From Fonticula alba ATCC 38817 (lineage: Eukaryota; Protista; Nucleariida): a stretch of DNA of 19,168 nucleotides. Each line of letters opens with the position of its first letter. Positions within the stretch are counted from its first letter, which is position 1. The notes beneath the pieces are model-generated. The model made no database searches, was not told the origin of the DNA, and saw only the letters and a list, made by a program, of their open reading frames with translations. Below, one piece after another: positions 1-11,239 of the stretch. Location of the stretch: NCBI GenBank assembly GCA_000388065.2, contig KB932205.1; one strand, written 5' to 3'. Position numbers and translations under genes: made by a program.

Positions 1-465
1 GTCCGGTCGACGACCCCCCCCCCCCCCCCCCCCCCGACTCTTCGCACCCCGTGCCGACCCTCCTGCGCGCTTGGACGTGCTGACCCGCCCCCCCCTCCCT
101 TGGGTTGATCGTGGCCTGGTGAGCATAACCTGGGCGTCCCGCACGCGCGCGCGCGCGCGGGTGTGCCGGCCGCGCGAACACCCATCCAACAGGGCCGGGA
201 GTCCTGGCCCGCCAGCCCCAGCCGGCGGTGGGGAGCCCGACATACACATACACACATCACTCAACGCGAACTCGCGACGAGGGGGGGGGGGGGGGTGCAC
301 GCCGACGTGCTTGTGCGGGACGGACGCCGGGTCTCGGCGGGCAGAACCCGCGGCAGAGCGGCCAGACCCAACGGCAACAGCAGCAAAGTGCGCATGACCC
401 ATACTTGGCCCAGGCGCCGCGGAGGCGGTGGCCGGGTGCACCGACGGAAAAATGCTCAGGGGGAT

Positions 466-1314
466 TCATTCCAGGCGCGGGCGCGTGAGGCCGCCCGAGC
501 GCATGTGATCGATCAAGGACGTGAGTTTCCCTGCCAATGGTTGGGCGTCCGTGACGCCCGGGGCCTCCTCGGCTCCCGGGACCGAGGGGGCGGGGGCCGT
601 TGCCGGCAGAGCGGCGATCTGGCGGCCACCGGGCGCGGAAGCGGCCCCACGCGCGGGCCGCCGCGGGCGGTGTGCCCTCGCGGCAGGCGGCAGGCTCCCG
701 GCAGGAGCAGGCGCATCGATGGCCGGGCTGGGAGGAAGTCGAGCCGCCTCCAGCAGGGCGACATGTTCCATCAGCCGGCGGATTTTGGCCTTTTTGGCGT
801 TGAGGATCTCGGCGAACTGCCAGGAGGCCGGTTAGTGCGCCCGGCGCGGGACCGGTGCTCGGACGGCCTTCCCTCCCCATGACCCCTGGTGTATATCGCC
901 CGCCGGGCTCTTGTGGCTCCCCTCCTCTCCCTTGCCTGGCTGCCTGCTGGCCCCTTCCCGCTGGCCATGAACACAATGCCCCTTGCGCGCGCGAGGGCCA
1001 GGCAGGAACGCACCGCGGTACAGAGCTGGTCGTCGCGCTCGCGGCGCTTCTGAAGGGCGGAGCGCAGGGCATGGGCTGCGCGATTCCGAGTGTTCCGCGC
1101 GTCGCGGGTGATCTGCTCCACGGCACTGGCCTCCTGCAGGAGGGTGTCCCGGTCGGCTGCCAAGGCCCGGGCGATGGCGGCGAGCTTGGCAGCTGGCCTG
1201 TCCCGGAGGTGAAGGTGCGCCTGGCCAACGAACAGCTGAAGGTGATGGGCCATGCCAATGTGTCGGCACGTTAGCACCTTGGCGCGTGTGTGTGTGTACA
1301 TACGTATGTATGTA

Positions 1315-1345
<31 letters not shown>

Positions 1346-2067
1346 CTGTGTTTTTGCATGATGGGCGCGCGGTTCATGTGCGGGCTGGCTCGTGCACTTG
1401 CAGGTCGGCACCCGGCTGCACGCATTCTTGCGGACACCGGCATGCATGATGCCCAAATGCCCGCCGCACTTGCGAGCAGGAGGCCAGCCTCGGCCCAGTG
1501 GCAAGGACGCACTTTGAGCCCGGCCCCACCGCCAGGCTGACGAGAGAGGGCCACCTTCCAGGACAGGATGCCACAGCAGCCTCCGGTGGAGGAGCGCCAC
1601 TCCAGGCTGCCAGACTCTGCGAAGCAAACCACCCCTCCCGCCGAGGGGGGGCAGTCGTCTTTGGCCATGGGCACAAGTTGTCCACCGAGGCGGGCTGCGG
1701 GGACTCGATCACCCCGAATAATGTGTGCCGCCAAATCCCGGACCGAGGGATCGGCCGACAAATCCGCGCACAGGGCAAGCCCGCTGCCCGGGCCCGGGGG
1801 CGCCTTCACACTGAAGAGGCTTTCTCCCCCGTCAGATGTGAGAACCAGCTGGCGCAACTCGCCAGGGCCGTGCCAAAGGGAAAAAACTCGCAACAGGTGT
1901 CCCGCCACCAGAGGACGCCGGGAGCCGGGGTCCTCGGGTCCCACGACGCAGGAGCACCCGGGGGGTGGCTCGACACCGGCCGGGGCGAGCACAGCAGTGC
2001 GGGCATGCCATCGTGGCTGCGGCCCCCCGGCCGCCTCATCCAGGGCAATCTGGGGAGTGGAGTGCAT
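466..2067 (-). CDS. XRCC4: DNA repair protein XRCC4 homolog (NHEJ, ligase IV partner), 3 exons, ~375 aa; 5' end uncertain
   Basis: Exons 2067-1513, 1235-1014 and 816-466 (both introns GTGCGT...CAG, phase 0, with CTAAC branch-like motifs at 1270-1275 and ~831-835). The spliced product has a head motif HLLRVFSLW...LVLTSDGGESLF (cf. human HFLQVSW...ITLTDGHSAW) and KLFVGQAHLHLRDRPAAKL (cf. SFRLGSFNLEKVENPAEVI). A coiled coil follows, then DQLCTA|FAEILNAKKAKIRRL (cf. ligase IV-binding [20 protein letters not shown]). Alignment was by eye from memory. An extra upstream exon (ATG at 2345) is possible. Confidence 0.8.
1286..1350. repeat. Interrupted (GT)n/(GTAT)n microsatellite in an XRCC4 intron
   Basis: Direct reading; lies within intron 1236-1512. 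Confidence 0.9.
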
Positions 2068-2098
2068 ACGGAAGGCAGGATGGCCGGGCAGGATGGTC

Positions 2099-2162
2099 CT
2101 GTGTGTGTGTGTGTCTATGTGTTTGTGTGTTTGTGTTTGTGTGTGTGTGTGTGCGTTTGTGT
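2099..2162. repeat. Imperfect (GT)n microsatellite upstream of the XRCC4 main exon
   Basis: Direct reading; CA-rich on the minus strand like the introns of this locus. Confidence 0.85.
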
Positions 2163-2501
2163 ACGCGCCTGTATTCGCATGTATCGGGGTGTGTCAGGGG
2201 GTTTGTGTGCAGGACGCGTGTGTTTGTCCACGCCGGTACGTGCCAGTATGTGCGCGTGTGCCTTTTGTACGCCTCGCCCCCCGTTCCACCGCGAGCCACG
2301 ACGGTGAATGCTGAAGAGGTGACGCCAGATCGCGTATCCCGCCATCCTCGGACAAAAAAAAACGCACACCGCCGAGGCCTCCCCGGCGCGTCTCCCCCTT
2401 TGGCCCTTCTCCAGTCGCTGCCCCCATCCCCCCCAGGCGCCGATCGGTTTCTTTTTCGGGAGCGCGATCAAAGGTGTATTCGTTGGCACCTGGGCCCCTG
2501 G

Positions 2502-2771
2502 CTACGGGCCGTCCTGCCGGAGCAGCGTCTCGCCGCACATGGGACACCCATTGGCCGCGAGCTGGCCGAAGAAGGCGTCCGTCGGGCACAGGAACCGGGC
2601 CGCGCAGTGGACACACCGGGCCAAGCCCGCGCCGGGGAACCACAATGGCAGGAGTGACAGCGAGCAAAGCCCTGCCGAGTGACAAAGGGAGGGTCAGTTC
2701 CAACACAAGGCCCGGAGCAGGGCGAGAGCGAGCGCAGGATGTGCGTGCGTGTGCGTGCGTGTGCGTCGGTA

Positions 2772-2843
<72 letters not shown>

Positions 2844-5800
2844 AGGGAGAGAGAGAGAGGGAGTGCCGAGGGGAAGGAGGATGACAGGGGGAAACCTACC
2901 TACAGCGTGACCCTTCTCGCACTGGAGTGACTCCGGCGGGTGCCCTGCCACGAAGTCCGGGAGATCGGCCGCCGCATTGGAGGCCGCTGCCCCGGCGCGA
3001 GAGAATTGCGCCTCCAGCAAGCAGGGCAGGCAGGTATACTGGCGGACAGGGGCGCCCGCGCTTGGACCACCACCCGGGACACCCTCACGCAGGCAAGAGA
3101 AGGCATCCAGACGCAGGAGATTGGCCAGGTCAGCCGGTGCACGGTTGGGCAGCACCTCCGCCGCACGGGCCAGTACCGCCCCGAGCAAGGCCCCCTCTTC
3201 GGCCCCGTGGAAGAGCCCCGTCCGGAGGGGGAACCCCCGGGACCGGACCACCCGCCGGACTTCGGAGCGCGACACCGGCCACCGCCACCCGGCGTCGGCC
3301 CCGGCCAGGGCGACATCCATGAAGGGAAGCCGCAGCTGGCCGCCAAGGGGCCACACCTCGCCGAGGAAGCCGGCCACCTCGAGCCAGGTGGCCGCGAGCC
3401 GCCGGCCGGCGGCCGGGCGTCCAGCAAACCGCCGGATGGCCAAGTCAAACGCGCACACCAACCCGGCCAGCAGCTGGTGGAGCTGCACCAGCGGGTCTGG
3501 GCTGCGAGCCAGGCTGTGCAGGCGCCGCACGTCGGCCTGGAGAAGATCCACAGGGGCACCTGGCCCATGGGCCAGGGGCCCATTGCCCTCGCCCTGGTCC
3601 ACGTACCCCGGGAGCAGGGCCAGGAAGTCGGCGCTCGAGCGCAACGGCGGCCCGGCCCCGGCCGCCGGGTCGGAGCTCGGCGCAGTCACCGCGCTCGGCG
3701 ACCCTCCCTGCCCGGTGGTGATATCACCGGGGGCATCCCCCATCGGAGGTGTGTCCAAATTTGCCGGGGCCGTCACCGATTCCGCCAGAAGTTGGGCCTC
3801 GTCCTGCAAGTGGAGGAGCATCTCCCCCAGGGCAAAGGAAACACGCGCAGCGCCATTGCCTGGTCGGGTGGGTCAGTGAGGATGGCTCCTGCGGCTGGTG
3901 TGTCTTCCCTCGACTCTCCGCCCCCCTCCCCTGCTCTTCCGCCTACTTAGCTCGTGGGCAGCCGCATGGCCAGGCATTGCCGTGGTGCCCGGAGGACCAA
4001 AGCCCGGGCAGGGAAAAAGGAGGAATCCGCCAGTCGGAAAGGCCGGGAGATACGCACAGTCGCCGAGCACCCGCTGGAGCAGCCAGCGGTGGTAGTTTGC
4101 CGTGGCCTGGGCCACGGCCGGGAAGAAGGGCCGCACATCGCGCGCATACAGGCGTGCCACGTCGGCCGCCAAATGCCGGCTGGCGGCCGACGGCGTGTCT
4201 GGCTCCGGGCAGAAGGTCCCAGCCAGCAGGGCCTCGGGGCCCAGACCGACCAAAGCCTCCGGCGCCACGGCAAACAGGCTCGGCATGGCAACGACATGCA
4301 CCACCGGGCTGGCCAGCTGGAAGGCCACATCGTCCAGCGGCGCCAGCAGCATGGCCGCCGTGTTGCCCGATAGCCAGGGAGCCAGGCCCAGCAGGTGGGG
4401 AAGGGCATGCGGCGCCAGGCCCACCGGGTTACACTGCGCGTCGTGGCCCGGGCCCCCGGTCGCGGATGCGGTCGAGGAGCCGGCCGCCAAGTCGACACCC
4501 TCCGGGCGGGAATCCTCCTGCGGGAGGTCCTGTGCCCCGCGGTAGGGCGATAGCTTTCGCACCGCCGCCAGGAGGATCTGGCGGAAGTGGCTGGGCACGG
4601 CATTCAAACTTGGAGGACAGGGCAAGGAAGGCAAGGGAGGCCGGGATGGCAGGCGGCTCGGCATGTCAGTGAGTTGATCCGGGCGGAGAAAGCCACAAGG
4701 TCCCCCCCTCCCTTTTCCCCACCCCCCCTCGCCCGCGCCTCGGAAGGGGGGGCCTTCTTGCTTGCCGCGCACCGGAGAGATTCAGCTGTACGGCCAGTGC
4801 CGGGCCCGGGGGACGGCACATCCACGCGTACCACCAGGCAGTCCAGGTCGCTTGTGACCGCACAGAAGAATGCCTGCATCGGGCACCACTGCAGGAAGAC
4901 GGTGCCACTCAGGGGCCGGCGCAAGGCCCGGAACGTGCCGCTCTCCACGCCGGCGGCCAGGCGAAGCTCCTCCCGCTGGAGCCCGGCCACCGGGCGCAGG
5001 GCCGCCGGCATGCTGGGCTGCTCGGCCGGCTCGGCCGGCTCAACCAGCTCGATCACCCGCACGGCCGATGCGGACACCAAGCCCAAGCGCAGGCGAACCG
5101 AGTCGCCCGAGCCCACCGGTAACGGGGTCGACCAGCAGCTGCCGGTGAAGGCCCGGCCGAAGGCCCCCAGCGGCGACGCCCGACCGCCGGGGATGCTGGC
5201 GAAGCGCACGCTTCGCGAGGCCAGGCGCATGGGGCCGGTGGCCCCCTCGGCGGTCGGGGCAATCCCGACGCGCCAGACGGCCACGCTGCCGTCCGAGCAG
5301 CCTGCCGCCAGGAGGAAGTCGCGGCTGGTGCCAGGCTCCTCGCGCCAGATCGGCTGACAGGAGATGAATGTCACCGAGCCGGAGCCCGGCAAGGAGAGGT
5401 GCCCTACGTGGGAAATCTTGCCCTTGGATCTTTGGTTGGGTGATGTGTGCATGTGCGTGTGCATGTGGAGGCATGGGTGCATGTGTCCGGGCAAGTGCCG
5501 AAGTCAGAAGGGTGGACAACGCCCAGGCAGAGGCAAAGGGGAGGGCGGAGAGGGATGCACGCACGCGGGGACATCCCAGAGGGAAACCATGCCACACCGA
5601 TTCCCCAGCAGTAGGAGGGAACGCGTGGCGTCGGCCAGACGAATCGCCGGCGACCAGGCCAGAACTGCAAGTCCGGTGAGCGGAGGCAGCACGCAGAAAC
5701 AAGGGCAAGCAGGGGAGGCGAGACGGGAGGGGAGGGGGGGGGGGGCGGGTGCAACTCCCCCATCAGCGGGAAACGGGCTGCACACGCACCGGAGGTGGTA

Positions 5801-7521
5801 AAACAATCGATGGAAAACAGACGCCGAGAGAAATCAAAATCGAAGCCGGAACGATAGTCCATCGAGGCGAAAAGGCCCTGCATGGAGGCGGACGCCGAAG
5901 GCACGTTGATGGCCTTCTCCAGGGGCTCCGGACAGTCGTCCGCGTCGTCCAAGCTGCCAGGAGATGGCAGGAGTAGTAGCAGCAGCGGGAGCAGCAAAGG
6001 ACACGGGGAGGAATTAGCCGGCGGACGAAAAGCATGACACAGGAAGAGGCCGGCAAGGCGACGGCGCGGCGGACGGCGCACCAGCTGGCCGGGCGCTTCT
6101 TGCTGCGGACCGGGGCGCCGGGTTGGCCGGCGGGCTGGAAGCCGAAAACCTCCAAGATGGACGCCTGAGATGCCAGGGTCCGGGCCAACTCCGCCGGATC
6201 CATGTAAGGGGGGCGCCAGTGGAAATAGACGTCCCCACCGAGAGCCGACTGGTGGGCTGGCGAATGGCCGAGCCACCGGCCGCGCGGCAGCCCATCGCAA
6301 TCGGACACCAGGGCGGGCTGGGCGTCGTCACCGCGGAAGCGCAGCGCCAAGCTCCACTCGAGCACGGCCTCCGACAAATCGGCGGTCTTGGTTTGGTCAC
6401 AGGCAGAGAGGGGTCAATGCCGGGAGGAAGGAGAAGCCACCAGGCGCGCAGAGCGCCCCCGGTGCCGCCACAAACAAGCTCGGCCCGCATGGACGCACCT
6501 TGTCCCAGGCGTCGACCTGCGGGTGGCCGGTCGGGGCATACACCGCCACCCGGCCCATTTGGCTGACGGCGGCGAGGATGCACCCGCCGGAGGGGGCCAT
6601 ACCACGGCCCGACCAGGCCGCCTGGAGGAAGGTGTCCTCGGGAGAGCCGGACCCGGCGCCGAGGATGGCCGTTCGCTCGGCCGCCGGCCCGGCGGTGATG
6701 CCGATGTCCGAGCTCCCGGCACAGGCGCCGGACCCGACGTTGGCCCCGGAGATGCCGCCGATCTCGGCGTCCGCCAGCCCCGGGCGCAGGTCCACAGCCT
6801 GGCCAAAGATCGCATTCGGCGGGAGCGGCCCGAAGTGCGCATACCCGCGGAGCTTCTGCAGCTGGGCCAAGGACGGGGCCCGGAGGCGCGAGTTGTTGGG
6901 GATCGCCCCAACCAGCGCTCGGAAGCGCAGCGATCCCAGGGGAAAGGGAATGGGCGTAGGGCCGGGAGGGCCTGGCCGAGCCGCTAGGCCATCGGGCGAC
7001 CGGGTGTCCTCACCTGCCGCGGCCTCCGCCGCCGCCGCCTCCTCCTCCTCCTCCTCCCCCATGGCTGGGGGCTCGTAGCCGGGCTGGAGATCCGGCCGCA
7101 CGCGGAAGGAGGCCAAGGGCGACTCGTGAGGCGCGGCCGGCAATTCCGGCAGCTGGAGGATGGTCGTCCGGGCAAAGGTCGGTCCCGCCTGGAGGGACTG
7201 TTGTCGGCACAGCGACCGAGTCGGCGCGCGCGGCAGCGAGGGAGGGGGCGCAGGAGCGAGAGGGGAGGAGACAGGAATTGGTCACGATCAGTGGCGGTGG
7301 GGGGTTTCAAAACCGAGGAGGGCAGGAAAAGGCCGAAGAGAGGATCCCGGCAGTTGACGGACCAACACGGCGAGCGACTTCCCGGTGACCACCACAAGGA
7401 AGCCGTCCTCGGAGAAGGTGATGTTCCCCCGGCCTCCCGGCGGTGCATGGCAAGGGGTCGACCCGAGCAGCACCGATGGCGACGGGAGGACGGGGTTTGG
7501 CAGCTCGGCGGCAGACTGCAT
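2502..7521 (-). CDS. GTF3C4: General transcription factor IIIC subunit 4 (TFIIIC90 / tau60 / Tfc8-like), 9 exons, ~1291 aa
   Basis: Exons 7521-7363, 7197-6499, 6386-6082, 5953-5790, 5664-5565, 5429-4773, 4608-3947, 3859-2900 and 2671-2502 join in frame (3876 nt). N-terminal beta-propeller motifs: ITFSEDGFLVVVTGKSLAVL (human LAWSEDHRVSVSTARSIAVL) and AAWSGRGMAPSGGCILAAVSQMGRVAVY...WDKTADLSE (human TSWSPMGCDANGRCLLAALTMDNRLTI...WVQLVDLTE). WD-type segments VLAWSP...LLLGNRCGMVSLWD and FLLAAGCSDGSVAVWRV are present. The C-terminal zf-TFIIIC pattern is CLPC...CEKGHAVGLCSLSLLPL...CVHC...CPMC. The start codon could lie in a further upstream exon. Confidence 0.85.
2775..2836. repeat. (GT)31 / (AC)31 microsatellite in the last intron of GTF3C4
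   Basis: Perfect dinucleotide run read directly from the sequence. Confidence 0.98.
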
Positions 7522-8240
7522 TGGGCAGACGGGCGGCGGCAGGGGGCCGGGAGCAGGGTGGCAGGCTGGAAGTAGGAGGGGGGAGCCGCGGGCCGAAGAG
7601 GAGAGGGGGAACGGAGGGGAGAGGGTGTGTGTGTGTGTGTGTGTGTGTGTCTGTGGGCGCGCACGAGGCGCGAAGGAGAGAGAGAGAGGGGGGAGTACTA
7701 AAAGGAGGAGGCGAGTGTCGGGCCAAGGGAGGACAGGAGGCGGGATGCTCCAGCCGGTCAGACGAGGGCGCCAGGATAGTCGCTAAAGAGAGGATCGCGG
7801 AGAGGGAAAAAAGAGTGCCCCCCACCGAGGTCGAACTCGCGCCCTCGTCGCGAGATGACGCGCGCCGGCCGTCCCCCCGCCAATAAACGCGATATTCCCA
7901 CCCTCGGGTGGGGCGGGGGAAGCGGGAAGGGCTCCGGTCGGCGCGCCATGCCCCGGTTGCCCCAGGGGTTAGGCAGAGGGGGAGGCGCTTTGGCAACAGG
8001 CGGGCCGACAAATGCAGGGCAGCCCGGGCGCGGCCGAGCTGGGGCGCTCAACTGGCGAGCTGCCCATGCTTGGGGCGCGGGCAAAAAAAAAAAAAGGAAA
8101 CCATGCTAGGGGATCTCTATTGGGGGGGGGGGGGGGGGGGGGGGGAGCAAAGGCAAAAGCACACGAGCGCCGGGCGGGGATCCTTGCGCGCGGCGACACC
8201 GGTGTTGTGGTGGTGGTGGCTGCTCGGAGAGCGCACACGC

Positions 8241-11239
8241 CTACGCGACTGCCGTCGACTCCCCGGCGGTGATCTCCACCACTGCTGGCGGGCGCTTGCC
8301 GGCCCGGATGACCAGCCAGCGCTCATGCAGGGTCAGGCTTCCGAGCAGGGTTTCGGGCAGGGCCGGCAGCGGACCGGCCAACGGCTCGACCCCGGCGCTG
8401 ACAGCCGTGGCCCAGGCCGAGGTGGCCAGATCGCCATCCTCCGGCTTGTCCCCGGTAGCCAGCAGCCCCTGGTCCAGTGGCCGGCGAACTTCGGCCGGGC
8501 CGATCTGCCGGTTGTTCACATACAGGGCCCCCTGCGTGGCCAGGCGAATGGCCTCGCCTGAGTGTCCGCACCCCCGCGAGGACGGCCAACCAGAAGGGAG
8601 AAGGGAGCAAGGGGGAAGTCAGCACAGGGGCCCCGACAGGGCGGCAGGCCGAAGCCGTCCAAGGGGCAGGAGGGGGGGGGGGGGCTGAGGCAAAGCCAAC
8701 AAAGAGAGAGAGAATGCCCGAGAGGGAGAGGGAGAGGGAGAGACACGCACCGCGCGAGGCGCACAGGCCCACATCAACGCACAGCCCGGCCACGGTGACC
8801 GGGGCCTGGTCGGTCCCCCGGCGCAGGATGTCCCCGATCGGGACCCGGTGGCAGGGGACCACGCTGGACAGGGCGGCGAGCTTGGCATCGGTAGCCAGGG
8901 CGGTGATGGCTCCGACCGCCGGGTTGACCCAGGCGTCCAGAGTCCACCCTGGCAGGCCGGTCGCCGTGAGGGCCGCGGCCAGGGCACGCCGCGGCGCGGA
9001 CTCCAGCGGGCGCGGCACCGGGCCCAGCTCGCGCGCGGTGGCCGACGTCCGACCCTGCTGGATTTCCGACGAGAAGAGCAGCCGACTGGCATTGTAGCTC
9101 CGGATGGCGGCCAGCTCTGCAAGCGTGCCAGCCCGGGGAGGGGAAGAGAGAGAGAGGGGGGGGGAGGGGGCGACCACTTAGAGAACAGACAGGCGGGCGT
9201 GAAGGGAGGGGGGGACAAAGGGGCGAGCGGGAACCCAGGCAGGGGGGGGGGGGAGGCTCCAGGAGGGCCGGAGGCACGCACCACCATGCACCAGGCGCGT
9301 GACCTCGAAGGCCAGGACATTCTGCGCGACGCCCCGCTCGCCGAGCGTGTCGGCATGGGCATTGAGCACGGCCTGGATGGACGCCGGCCCGAGGAAGGTG
9401 TAGTACTGGAGCATGCGGCCGACATCGGCATCCGGGACTGCGTGGCGGAAAAACTGGAACAAGTGGAAGGGCGACGTCTGCGCGGCGTCCAGCCAGATGG
9501 CATTGCCGAGGGACTTGCCGAACTTGCGCCCCTGGGAATCGGTCACCAGGGGAGTGGTCATGCCGATGGCCAGGCCGACATCCGATGGATTGGCGTGGTC
9601 ACCGGGCCCGGGGGGGGCCGGGCCGTCAGCGCGCCACCAGCCGGCCGGCTTCAGCGTGGCCGCCGTGTCCGGCATCGATCCAATCAGGTCGACACCGGCC
9701 ACGATGTTGCCCCACTGATCGCTGCCACCGATTTGCACCCGGCAAGATCGGTCCCGGAAGAGCCGGTAGAAGTCGTACGCCTGCAGGATTTGGTACGTGA
9801 ATTCCGCCAGCGACAGACCATCGCCGGAGTCCCCGCCCGTGGTCCCGGCCGGGGCCAGCCGCGACCGGATGCTATCCCGGCCGATCATTTGCTGCACCCG
9901 GACCCGGGACCCGACGTCCCGCAGGAAGTCCAACAGCCCAAGCCCCTCGTAGAAGCGCCGATTGTTCAGGAGCTCCACCTGGCCCCCGGCAGCCCCGGCC
10001 CGAGCCGCACGCGTGGCTAGCCCCGGCGCCGCGGCCGTCGGCCCAGCCACCGGCACCGGCCCGGCGCCCTGCAGCATCCCGGCGACGGTCCGGCGCTCGG
10101 CCGCCACAGCGGCAACGGTCTCCTGCTCGGCCTCCGCCCCGGGCGAGGCATTGAACAGTGCCTCCGGCACCTCCACCTCGGCCAGCATGTGATCCAGGTA
10201 GGTGGGCGCGAAGGGGTACGCCCGGGCCTGCTGTGCGGCCAGGCCCTCGGCATCCCCGCCGAAGAGGGTCTGCCGCTCCAGGCGATGCGAAAGGGCCAAA
10301 GAAGAGCCCCGCAGCAGCAGCGTGGCCAGCTGCTGCTCCAGGGACGAGGCATTCGAGGACACCTGCGACTGGGCCTGGTGGGTGCGGGAGGTGGTGCGGA
10401 AGCTCGGGTCGCCGACCTCGCCAGTGGCACCGCCGATCTGCACTCGCGAAGCAAAAGCGATGGCGGTGACGAGGGGGCAGCGGCCGGGGAAGAACAGACA
10501 CCAGGAGGGAGGTGAGTCATGGGGGGGGGGGGGGTGCAATGCATGAGGGTGTGTGTGCGTGGGTGTGGGCCTGCGTCTGCCTTTGCGCGCGTAGGAGTGT
10601 TTGCACGCACCAGACCCACGGCATGATGGCCAAACGAGGCGAAGTGTGACAGGACAATGATGCTGATCAGGTTGCCGATGTGCAGGCTGCTGGCAGTCGG
10701 GTCGAAGCCGGAATACGCGCACAGCGGCTCGGCATCGACCGCCGAATGGTATGGCAAGTCACGGACACCCTCACTGCAGCAGGGAGAGGAGGGAGGGGCA
10801 TGCACGTTTGGTCAGCTGAGAGAGGTGTAGGGGAGAGAGAGAGAGAGAAAGAGAGGGAGAGGGAGAGGGAGAGGGAGGGAGAGGGAGAGAAAGAGAGGGA
10901 GAGGGAGAGAGGGAGAGGGAGAGAGAGAAGGCCTCATGCGCGGACTGCGACGCACTGCGTGATGCCGGCAATCAACGAACGCTGGGTCAGCTCGCGGAAG
11001 AGCTCAGACACCGACGGCCGGGACACATGGCCGGCCGGGTCGATCTCCGGCTGGACCACCGTTTCGGCCCGAAGAGACAGCACATTGAAGGGGGCCCCTT
11101 CCACCGGGTCAGCCGGGACCGGGGCCACGCTCGAAAAGCCCCGAAGCACCGGCCCAGGAGGCAGGACCGACCGGGTGAGAGGCAGGGAGACGCTGCGGCC
11201 CAGGAGGGTGCGCGTCCGGGCGGCCAGCTGGGATCTCAT
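8241..11239 (-). CDS. YARS2: Mitochondrial (bacterial-type) tyrosyl-tRNA synthetase, 5 exons, ~761 aa
   Basis: Exons 11239-10956, 10773-10611, 10437-9282, 9116-8751 and 8557-8241; all four introns are GTGCGT...CAG and in frame. Motifs: YSGFDPTASSLHIGN (HIGH), IGGATGEVGDPS, EFTYQILQAYDF, QIGGSDQWGNI, KFGKSLGNAIWLD (KMSKS), TSPFHLFQFF, VTRLVHGE, and an S4-like C-terminus SRGEAIRLATQGALYVNN...VIRAGKR. The Arg-rich N-terminus with no acidic residues (MRSQLAARTRTLLGRSV...RGFSS) resembles a mitochondrial presequence. Confidence 0.97.
10829..10931. repeat. Pure-purine (GA/GAGG)n tract in TyrRS intron 1
   Basis: About 103 nt of A/G only on the plus strand (polypyrimidine on the sense strand). Confidence 0.95.

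Noticed and set aside
771-1013. Continuation VRSCLALARARG... as a degenerate ligase IV-binding motif
   Set aside because: The sequence begins with a GTGCGT donor and is intronic; the true motif is in the next exon at 816.
2940-3950. 336-aa plus-strand ORF
   Set aside because: Antisense shadow of GTF3C4 exon 8, expected from GC-rich codon usage; no motif of its own.
8848-10020. 390-aa plus-strand ORF
   Set aside because: Antisense to TyrRS exons 3-4 and runs through an intron with poly-G.
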